Source: Rhodobacter capsulatus SB 1003 (GTDB taxonomy: Bacteria > Pseudomonadota > Alphaproteobacteria > Rhodobacterales > Rhodobacteraceae). From it: a DNA stretch of 32,000 nucleotides. This document shows positions 25,690-32,000 of this stretch, in pieces. Positions within the stretch are counted from its first letter, which is position 1, and each line of letters begins with the position of its first letter. The position numbers and the translations under genes are program-made. Below the pieces are notes generated by a model. That model worked only from the letters and a program-made list of their open reading frames with translations, did not search any database and had not been told where the DNA came from. The stretch is taken from assembly GCF_000021865.1 (NCBI RefSeq), contig NC_014035.1, forward strand, positions 90,001 through 122,000, in the 5' to 3' direction.

Positions 25690-25705
25690 ATGCAGCCATG
25701 GAAGT

Positions 25706-26122
25706 CTAGATATGCATCACCCCGAAGCCGATGCGTTCGTGGTTCGTCGTGGGATGAAAGGCCGATTCGCCATGCGCGGCGACGGCGACCCAGTGCCCGT
25801 CCGAGACCAGCGCCACCTTGAGCTTGAGGTTCGATTCCGCCACCACCGTCGCCGAGACCCCCTGCAGGCATTCCAGCCCGGCGTGAATCACCCCGTGCAC
25901 GGCGCCCGGGCGGTTGTGGATCACCCCGCCGTTCAGCGCACAGGCGACGATCGACTTGACGAAGCCCTTTTCGATTTCGGACCGCCGCCCGGTGACATAG
26001 GTGATCCCCACCTTCCAGGTCGGATGGGCCAGGATCTGCTCCTTGATCAGGTCTTCCTCTTCGCGGCTGCTGATGGCGGCCATGATGGCGGCCTTGCCGA
26101 TTCTGTCTGCTGTGACTTGCAT
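25706..26122 (-). CDS. HutP-family protein (putative ligand-dependent RNA-binding antiterminator)
   Basis: This 138-aa protein aligns by eye with B. subtilis HutP. AVHGVIHAGLECLQGV matches ALYHATMEALHGV, WVAVAAHGE matches WIAVSLYGT, and the C-terminus IGFGVMHI matches TFGVGINHI. The HxxxH pair and the C-terminal His are retained. Confidence 0.7.
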   Translation of the reverse strand: MQVTADRIGKAAIMAAISSREEEDLIKEQILAHPTWKVGITYVTGRRSEIEKGFVKSIVACALNGGVIHNRPGAVHGVIHAGLECLQGVSATVVAESNLKLKVALVSDGHWVAVAAHGESAFHPTTNHERIGFGVMHI

Positions 26123-26227
26123 GTTCGTTCCGATCCGACCCGTTTCACCGCGTTCATAGCGGCGCGACAGGGGCGGCTCAATCGCGATGATCGCGGCCCG
26201 CGCGGCGGCGCGGTGAAAGCCGCCCCG

Positions 26228-27466
26228 TCAGCCGTCGGGATCCGCCTTCACGAAGCGGCTCATGGCGCTGCCGATGTCTTCGGACAGCCGCAGGATGGTC
26301 TCCAGCCGGGCCTTGATCTCGGCGTGAAACAGATCGAGCTGATCGATCGTCGAGACCAGACCGGCGCCGTTTTCGCGCAACCGGCCGCATTCGACGCGCC
26401 CCATCACCCGGATCGTGTCCAGACCCAGCATCAGCCGCCGGATCTCCGCGCTGGATCGGGCCAGCTCCTCGGCATGGCCGACCGCAGTCGTCAGCGCGGC
26501 ATGGCTGTCGCGCCGGGTGGCGCCGCGTGCCTCGGCCAGTTTCGCGGCCTCGGTCTGCCAGTCCAGCCCGGGAACCGGCTCGGCCTGCCGGAAGGTCGCG
26601 ATCATTTCCGCCATCACCCGATTGGCCCCCAGCAGGAAAAGCGCCCGCGCCACCTCGCGCGAGACGCGGTCGCACAGATTCTCCCGGCCGCTGACGAAAC
26701 TGCGCAGCCGGTCCGAGATCACCAGGCTCGAGGCGCGGTAATTCTCGGAGATCGCCGAAACCGGCCCGCCCGAGGGTTCCAGCCGCGAGGCGACAAGGCG
26801 CATGTTGTTCGGGATCGACTGCAGCGATTCGAAACTGCGCAACAGCTTCTTCTGTTCCTGCGTCACCCGTTCGAGGGCCTCGTTCATCTCGATCAGCCGC
26901 CGGGTGCGCGGGTCTTCCGGGCGGCCAAGCCGATGGTCGCGCGCGGCCAGTTCCTGCCCCAAAGCGCTGGCCATGAAGGTGGTGTAGCTGGTGAATCCCG
27001 CCTCGGTGATGATCGTCCAGAGCCTGCGCGCGCTGTCGCCGGGATCCAGTCGCTCGGCGCGTTCGCGGGCCGCAAGCTCGGCATAGACCTTGCGGATCTG
27101 CGCGAAAAGCGGCGTCGAGGGCTTGAGACGGACCGACAGGAACCCGCCCTCGGTGGGCAGGATCACCGCGAAGACCCAGTAGAAATCGCCATTGCGGGCG
27201 CGGTTCTTGACATAGCCGCCCATCGGAAAGCCGTTGCCAAGCGCATCCCACAGGATGCGAAACACCGCACGGGGGGTGTCGGGGTGGCGGATGATCTTGT
27301 GCGGCGCGCCCAGAAGCTCTGACCAGGCGAAGCCGGAGACATTCTGGAAGACATCGTTGCCTGCCAGAATGACCCCGCGCGGATCGGTCCGCGAAAAGAA
27401 AAGATCGTCGAGTCGAAAATTGACCTCGCCCTCGGGCTGGCCGGAGAGATCGCGCTGATGAGTCAT
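26228..27466 (-). CDS. Soluble PAS-domain sensor with a degenerate MCP-signalling-like coiled-coil C-terminus
   Basis: The N-terminal PAS domain reads FFSRTDPRGVILAGNDVFQNVSGFAWSELLGAPHKIIRHPDTP and GDFYWVFAVILP. The C-terminal helical region (IPNNMRLVASRLEPSGGPVSAISENYR) distantly resembles the MCP hairpin tip. No TM segments are present. Confidence 0.6.
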   Translation of the reverse strand: MTHQRDLSGQPEGEVNFRLDDLFFSRTDPRGVILAGNDVFQNVSGFAWSELLGAPHKIIRHPDTPRAVFRILWDALGNGFPMGGYVKNRARNGDFYWVFAVILPTEGGFLSVRLKPSTPLFAQIRKVYAELAARERAERLDPGDSARRLWTIITEAGFTSYTTFMASALGQELAARDHRLGRPEDPRTRRLIEMNEALERVTQEQKKLLRSFESLQSIPNNMRLVASRLEPSGGPVSAISENYRASSLVISDRLRSFVSGRENLCDRVSREVARALFLLGANRVMAEMIATFRQAEPVPGLDWQTEAAKLAEARGATRRDSHAALTTAVGHAEELARSSAEIRRLMLGLDTIRVMGRVECGRLRENGAGLVSTIDQLDLFHAEIKARLETILRLSEDIGSAMSRFVKADPDG

Positions 27467-27564
27467 GAGCTTTCTCGCTGAAATTTTCGCAAGCTTATCG
27501 TCAGCGGTCTTAACGGCTGATTTACGGCGGCTGAAAAAATCGCTTTGCCGGGGTAGGGGGGCGA

Positions 27565-28929
27565 TCAGGCGATCCCGGCCAGATGCGCCAGAACGCCAAG
27601 ACCGGCCGACCCGGCCAGCACCGCCGCCATGCCCCAGCCGCGCCGGAACAGCGCCCAGACCGCGACGGCGGCAATTCCGGTTGCGGGCAGATCAAGCGTG
27701 GCCATCTGCGGCAGATCAAGGCTGACCGGCCCAAGGCTGATCCGCGTGACCCCGCGCCAGAGCAGATGCAGCGCAAACCACAGCGCCAGATTGGCGATCA
27801 CCCCCACCACCGCCGCGGTGACCGCCGAAAGCGCCGCGCCAAGGGCACGGTTGGCGCGCAGCCGCTCGATGAAAGGCGCCCCAAGGAAAATCCAGGCAAA
27901 ACAGGGGGCAAAGGTGACCCAGCTGGCCAGAAGCCCGCCCAGACTGCCCGCCAGCAGCGGCGCCTCCCAGCCCGCGGCGCGAAAGGCCGCCATGAAGCCG
28001 ACGAATTGCAGCACCATGATCAGCGGCCCGGGCGTCGTTTCCGCCATGCCCAGCCCGTCCAGCATCTCGGTCGGCCGCAGCCAGCCGAAATCGGTCACCG
28101 CCGCCTGCGCCACCCAGGCCAGCACCGCATAGGCGCCGCCAAAGGTCAGCACGGCAAGTTTCGAAAAGAAAAGCGCGATCGCGGTGAAGACACTCTCGGG
28201 TGCAAGCAGCCAAAGCGCCGCCACCGGCAGCAGCCACAGCATCAGCGCCACGGCGCCCGCCCTCAGCGCGGCGCGGCGCTCGGCTCCGGTCGGGTCGCCG
28301 TGCTCCTCGCCCAGAAGCGTTTCGGCATCGGGGGTCGCAGGGCCGCCCGCCGCGCCATGCCCGCCGGGCGCAAAGGCCGCGGGCGCGATCAGGCCGCCAA
28401 GCACGCCGATCAGCGCCGCCGCCGCCACGATCAGCGGGAACGGCAGGGCCAATGCGAAAAGCCCGACAAAGGCCGCCACCGCCAGCGCCCGTTGCGCCCG
28501 GGTTTTCAGCGCGCGTTTCGCCAGCCGCAGCACCGCCTGCGCGACGATCGCCAGCACCCCGGCCTTGAGCCCGAAGAAAAGGCCCGCGACCAGCCCGCCC
28601 CCGCCCCAAAGCGCATAGATCCAGCTGAGCGTCATCAGCGCGGCCACACCGGGCGCGAGGAACAAAAGCCCCGCCAGAACCGCGCCGCGCACCCCATGCA
28701 GCAGCCAGCCGACATAGGTGGCCAGCTGCATCGCCTCGGGACCGGGCAAGAGCATGCAGAAGTTCAGCGCATGCAGGAAACGGGCGTCGCCGAGCCAGCG
28801 TTTTTCCTCGACAAGGATGCGGTGCATCACCGCGATCTGCCCCGCCGGTCCGCCAAAGGACAGGCCCGCGATCCGCGCCCAGACGCGCGCGGCTTCGCCC
28901 AGACCGGGCCTTTCGATGCTGCCGCTCAT
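27565..28929 (-). CDS. chrA: Chromate efflux transporter ChrA (CHR family, two-domain)
   Basis: The N-terminus has FGGPAGQIAVMHRILVEEKRWL and the second half repeats it as FGGAYAVLAWV. The protein is 454 aa and polytopic. Confidence 0.88.
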   Translation of the reverse strand: MSGSIERPGLGEAARVWARIAGLSFGGPAGQIAVMHRILVEEKRWLGDARFLHALNFCMLLPGPEAMQLATYVGWLLHGVRGAVLAGLLFLAPGVAALMTLSWIYALWGGGGLVAGLFFGLKAGVLAIVAQAVLRLAKRALKTRAQRALAVAAFVGLFALALPFPLIVAAAALIGVLGGLIAPAAFAPGGHGAAGGPATPDAETLLGEEHGDPTGAERRAALRAGAVALMLWLLPVAALWLLAPESVFTAIALFFSKLAVLTFGGAYAVLAWVAQAAVTDFGWLRPTEMLDGLGMAETTPGPLIMVLQFVGFMAAFRAAGWEAPLLAGSLGGLLASWVTFAPCFAWIFLGAPFIERLRANRALGAALSAVTAAVVGVIANLALWFALHLLWRGVTRISLGPVSLDLPQMATLDLPATGIAAVAVWALFRRGWGMAAVLAGSAGLGVLAHLAGIA

Positions 28930-29147
28930 GGTGTCGCCCCGCCTGGCCGGTCCCGGTTGCCCCGTCGCGGGGCTTTCGGCGCACCATGCCCCGGCCCCTC
29001 CGGCCTGTCAAACCCGGCCCCGCCCGAGAGACAGCCGCCACGGGGGCGCTTTCGTCGGGCGGTCTGTCGTGGCAGGATGCCGCAAGGACCGCGGCTTTGC
29101 CGGACCAGCGGGGCAGGGGCCCTGCGTCTTTGAAAGGGCAGAAGAAA

Positions 29148-29957
29148 ATGGCTGACATGGCCCGAAAGGACTTCACCGCGGCGAACCGGGCGGCCTGGAA
29201 CGCCTCGGCCCCCTTGCATGCACAGGGCGACCCCTGGGCGCAGCTTCTGGCCCGCGCGGGGGAGCCGGGCTTTTCCGTACTCGACCCCTGTCTGACCGCC
29301 GTTCTGCACCGGCTCGGGCTGGCGGGGAAATCCGCCGCGCAGATCGGCTGCAACAATGCCCGGGAGCTGCTGTCGCTGGCCTCGCTGGGCATCCGCCCGG
29401 CCTTGGGGATCGATCAGGCGGGGGCGTTCCTGGCCCAGGCCCGGCAGCTTGCCGAGGCCGCCGGTCTGGCGCCGCGGCTGGTCGAGGCGGATATCTACGA
29501 CCTGCCGCCGGATCTTGGCCAGGTCGATCTTGCGCTGATCACCATCGGCGTTCTCAACTGGATGCCCGACCTGCCCGCGTTCTTCCGCGTCACCTCCGGG
29601 TTGCTGGCGCCCGGGGGCGTTCTGGTGATCTATGAAACGCATCCGTTTCTCGAGCAGTTCGACCCGGCCGCCGCCACCCCCTTTGAACCGGCGTTCAGCT
29701 ATTTCGAGCGCCGCCCGCAGCTGGTGACCGAGGCGATCAGCTATGACGGCAAGGACCACGGCAAGGGCGAAACCGGCTATTGGTTCCTGCATCCGCTGGG
29801 CGAGATCGTGACCGCCTGCGTGCGATCGGGGCTTGCGATCGAGGAGCTGACGGAATTCGGGCACAGCATCCGGGAACCGGAATATGACCTTTACGAAGGC
29901 CGGGCCGCGCAGATCCCGATGAGCTACTGCCTGATCGCCCGCAAGCCGCCCGCGTGA
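29148..29957 (+). CDS. Class I SAM-dependent methyltransferase
   Basis: The start is the internal MADMARKDF at 29148. It has a motif I-like sequence (QIGCNNARE) and a post-I acidic residue, plus LAPGGVLVIYE. The substrate is unknown. Confidence 0.7.
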   Translation: MADMARKDFTAANRAAWNASAPLHAQGDPWAQLLARAGEPGFSVLDPCLTAVLHRLGLAGKSAAQIGCNNARELLSLASLGIRPALGIDQAGAFLAQARQLAEAAGLAPRLVEADIYDLPPDLGQVDLALITIGVLNWMPDLPAFFRVTSGLLAPGGVLVIYETHPFLEQFDPAAATPFEPAFSYFERRPQLVTEAISYDGKDHGKGETGYWFLHPLGEIVTACVRSGLAIEELTEFGHSIREPEYDLYEGRAAQIPMSYCLIARKPPA

Positions 29958-29960
29958 CTT

Positions 29961-30575
29961 TCAGCGCGCGGCCCGCAGCTTCACCCGCACGACCTTGCCC
30001 AGCCGCACGCAGACGAAATCAAGCCGAATGTGGGGGGCACCGCGTTCGAATTCGTGAACGACGATGCTTGGCGCGTCCTGAAAGTCCGCAAGACGAATGT
30101 TGCCTTGCGCAAGCCGTCTTTTGCCGACCAGAACCCGCACCCGGGAGCCGGTCATCTGGTTGCGCAGCACGAGCAGGTGGTTGCGCCCCCGGTCCTCGAT
30201 GTCGTCGAGGTCATAGATCTTGAGCAGCGCCCCGGATCGGTCGCGAAACACGCGCGCGCGGCCGGACGGGACACGCTTGACCCGGACCGACTGCTGATAA
30301 TCGTCCGTGCACGCGTGCTTCGGCCAGGGCCAGCCGACATCGTCGAACAAGACCCGCCCCCCGTGTCGGCTTTGGTAAAAATACACCCGCGCGCCGCAGA
30401 CCGGGCAGGAGGCGTTCGGATCAAGGTAACAGTCCTGCGTCCAGCCCTCACGGGGGACCGGCTCGGTGACACGTTCCAAGCCGTCACAAAGCCCGCCGCC
30501 GATGTGAAGCGGCCTGAGCACGCCATCGACATAGCGAAACGCGATCTCGCCGCCGCATTTGTCACAGATTGCCAC
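29961..30575 (-). CDS. Hypothetical protein with tandem CxxC...HxnC zinc-ribbon-like modules and a basic beta-rich C-terminal domain
   Basis: I chose the GTG at 30575 because an AGGAAGG RBS lies 8 nt upstream. The longer track ORF would run into the divergent antitoxin gene. The two modules are CDKCGGEIAFRYVDG...HIGGGLC and CPVCGARVYFYQSRHGG...WPWPKHAC. Confidence 0.5.
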   Translation of the reverse strand: MAICDKCGGEIAFRYVDGVLRPLHIGGGLCDGLERVTEPVPREGWTQDCYLDPNASCPVCGARVYFYQSRHGGRVLFDDVGWPWPKHACTDDYQQSVRVKRVPSGRARVFRDRSGALLKIYDLDDIEDRGRNHLLVLRNQMTGSRVRVLVGKRRLAQGNIRLADFQDAPSIVVHEFERGAPHIRLDFVCVRLGKVVRVKLRAAR

Positions 30576-30757
30576 CTCGGGCGCCTTCCTCTGCTCGCAG
30601 CATCCCCTCACAGATCCGAGACATAACCCTCCCCGGCCGCGTTGACGACATAGGTGCTGCGGACAGGAAAGACGACCCGCAAGGAACATCCGCCCGGCAA
30701 GGCACCGACCGCTTCGGGTGAATGCGCCGCTTTCGAAGGACTTTCCCGACCGAACTC

Positions 30758-30786
30758 TTGATTTGTACGTCCATTTGGCGTACATG
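30758..30786 (+). promoter_or_regulatory. Candidate promoter/operator of the toxin-antitoxin operon
   Basis: TTGATT (30758-63), a 17-nt spacer, then TACATG (30781-86). The spacer contains the inverted repeat TGTACG-N9-CGTACA (30764-30784). Confidence 0.4.
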
Positions 30787-30810
30787 ATGGCTGCGACACA
30801 GGAGGCGGCC

Positions 30811-31119
30811 ATGCTTGGTTTCCACGACAGCACGCGCGCGATCGATGAGCGGAACGAGGCCCGGATGAATTTCCGGACGAAGCCGCGCATCAAGGCCGCG
30901 ATCCAGCAGGCGGCGGCGCTTTCTGGCGTCGACGATTCCGTCTTCACGATGAATGCCGCCTATCAGGCCGCGCTGGCAACGATTGCCGCGCATGAACGCA
31001 CAATGCTGCAGCCGGTCGATCATGACGCGTTTTTCGCGGCACTCGATGCTCCGGCCGCGCCGACAGACACCCTGCGCGCGGCCTTCCGTCGGCATGGCAA
31101 AACGGTCGTGTCGCAGTAG
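30811..31119 (+). CDS. DUF1778 / TacA-type RHH antitoxin
   Basis: RMNFRTKPRIKAAIQQAAALSGVDDSVFTMNAA is the typical DUF1778 N-terminal RHH. The ATG at 30811 has an AGGAGG RBS 5 nt upstream. The stop codon directly abuts the toxin ATG. Confidence 0.85.
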   Translation: MLGFHDSTRAIDERNEARMNFRTKPRIKAAIQQAAALSGVDDSVFTMNAAYQAALATIAAHERTMLQPVDHDAFFAALDAPAAPTDTLRAAFRRHGKTVVSQ

Positions 31120-31680
31120 ATGGCGGCATCGCAACCGGCCTTCTGCCGCATTGAGCCGTTCGATCCGGAAAGACATGATCGGGCGGCTTTTTCTTGCGGC
31201 GTCAAACAGGTCGACACCTACTTTCAGAAGACGGCCAACAAGCTTGCCAAGGCGGACAATGTTCGTCTCTATGTGATGGTCGATCCGGGCGGCACGGTCA
31301 TCGGCTTTTATGCTCTCAATGCGCATGCCGTTCACTTTGCGGATTTACCTGCAAAATTCGCGCGGACACGTCCGTCGCACGGCAACATCCCGGCGGCATA
31401 TATCTCGATGATCGGGCGCGATCAGAGGGTCCGCGGGGGCGGCTATGGCGGCGATTTGCTTGTCGATGCGCTGCGCCGGATTGCGGTTGCCGCAGAGGCC
31501 ATCGGCGTCGCGGTCGTCATGCTTGATGTGCTCGATTGTGGCGATCCCGCCCGCGTGGCCCGCCGCAAGGCGCTCTATGAAAGCTACGGCTTTCTGCCGC
31601 TCGCCTCGAACCCGCTGAGGATGTTCCTGCCCGTCAGCGTCGTTCGAACCCTTGTCGCGGAAGAGCCATCCGGCCGATGA
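31120..31680 (+). CDS. GNAT-family acetyltransferase toxin (TacT/KacT/ItaT type)
   Basis: A 186-aa GNAT fold (FYALNAHAV, IGRDQRVRGGGYGGDLLVDAL, YESYGFLPL). It is genetically paired with the DUF1778 antitoxin. Confidence 0.85.
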   Translation: MAASQPAFCRIEPFDPERHDRAAFSCGVKQVDTYFQKTANKLAKADNVRLYVMVDPGGTVIGFYALNAHAVHFADLPAKFARTRPSHGNIPAAYISMIGRDQRVRGGGYGGDLLVDALRRIAVAAEAIGVAVVMLDVLDCGDPARVARRKALYESYGFLPLASNPLRMFLPVSVVRTLVAEEPSGR

Positions 31681-31762
31681 AGAACGCGGCCGGGCAGCGG
31701 TTGTTCTTTCGCGCGGATCGACGGTGCCCGATGTCGATCTGAAGGCGTGGGGCCGCTTTTGA

Positions 31763-32000
31763 CGGCGGTCGGGCCGGGATCGACGCTTTCGTCGCGAGCT
31801 CTACAAGATCGGGGTCAATGTGAACCAGATTGCGTCGGCGGCGAACCGGGGCAGGGTGTCGATGGTCAAGGAGCAGTGGGCCGGACTCGACGCGTTGCGC
31901 CAGAGGTTGCCGGTGCTGCGCGCGACCCTGTCGCAGGTGATCAACGAGCGGCGTCGGAGGGGCGTGACGCTTTACCGGAAGTTTGTGGCAGAGCATCAGG
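31763..32000 (+). pseudogene. MobC-like mobilization protein remnant (N-terminally truncated or interrupted; runs off window)
   Basis: The frame reads RFRRELYKIGVNVNQIASAANRG...LRATLSQVINERRRRG, which carries the MobC signature (G-N-NQIA-N). An in-frame TGA sits at 31760-62 and there is no plausible start. There is no room for the N-terminal RHH domain between this and the toxin stop at 31680. Confidence 0.45.

Noticed and set aside
25206-25705. Canonical HutP RNA site (two clusters of three UAG/NAG triplets spaced by 4 nt) and short leader peptides (for example MNSCKTAAL, MLPCFGSRTITRT)
   Set aside because: Reading the minus-strand leader I found only isolated UAG/AAG triplets with irregular spacing (8, 6 and 11 nt), not the 7-nt periodic pattern. 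The mini-ORFs lack Shine-Dalgarno sequences.
25245-25871. ORFs inside the madG upstream region (25245-25709 +, 25441-25821 +, 25521-25871 -)
   Set aside because: They are Arg-rich and non-protein-like with no RBS. The region is better explained as a regulatory leader.
25712-29392. Long alternate-frame ORFs over the hutP-like, PAS and chrA genes (25712-27322 +, 26178-27251 -, 27583-29133 +, 27716-29392 -)
   Set aside because: They are low-complexity Arg/Pro/Gly shadows. The in-frame alternatives have clear PAS, HutP and CHR-family signatures.
30718-30810. Upstream extension of the antitoxin ORF (starts at 30718, 30784 or 30787)
   Set aside because: DUF1778 antitoxins are about 90-100 aa. Only the ATG at 30811 has a consensus AGGAGG RBS, and the extension would cover the predicted promoter/operator.
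29961-30947. Full 328-aa version of the zinc-ribbon ORF
   Set aside because: The N-terminal roughly 124 aa are Cys/Arg-rich junk. They would overlap the divergent antitoxin gene and its promoter. An internal GTG with a good RBS gives a coherent protein.
31634-31996. 120-aa minus-strand ORF at the window end
   Set aside because: It is antisense to the MobC-like reading frame, which carries a recognisable family signature. The product is Arg/Pro-rich with no motif.
1-32000. CRISPR arrays, IS elements/transposases, integrases, tRNA or rRNA genes
   Set aside because: I saw no regularly spaced direct repeats, no transposase- or integrase-like ORFs and no tRNA-like cloverleaf regions. The short intergenic regions are accounted for by promoters, hairpins and rep control elements.

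Overview
High-GC (by eye about two-thirds G+C) alphaproteobacterial, Rhodobacterales-like DNA carrying a complete repABC replication/partition cassette, so this is most likely a plasmid or chromid. I saw no rRNA, tRNA, CRISPR array or IS element. Many long ORFs in the six-frame track are Arg/Pro/Gly-rich shadow frames typical of high-GC DNA and were discarded.

Layout, left to right:
(1) A minus-strand siderophore-uptake locus: AraC regulator, TonB-dependent receptor, FhuD/FhuB/FhuC-like ABC importer with ATGA-coupled genes, then the start of an ABC exporter.
(2) repA-repB-repC, with a predicted antisense ctRNA in the repB-repC spacer, two copies of a 16-bp parS-like palindrome bracketing repC, and an AT-rich island inside repC.
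(3) A stand-alone EAL protein and a YfeH-like BASS transporter.
(4) The main feature, about 12.4 kb of tightly packed minus-strand genes (25205 down to 12814). This is a Malonomonas-type, biotin-dependent, membrane-bound (Na+-pump type) malonate decarboxylase cluster. Its order is madG, small TM peptide, madB, birA, madA, madE, madC, madD, madH, mdcG-like, madF, madL, madM, followed directly by the biotin ECF transporter bioMNY.
(5) Upstream of it, in the same orientation: a HutP-family protein (an RNA-binding antiterminator family known from Bacillus), a soluble PAS/MCP-like sensor, and a 480-bp structured leader with a sigma-54-like -24/-12 element.
(6) chrA, a SAM methyltransferase, an orphan tandem zinc-ribbon protein, a DUF1778/GNAT (TacAT-type) toxin-antitoxin pair and a truncated mobC-like remnant.

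The best candidate for something undescribed is the self-contained cofactor-plus-enzyme malonate module together with its unusual HutP-like/PAS regulatory front end.
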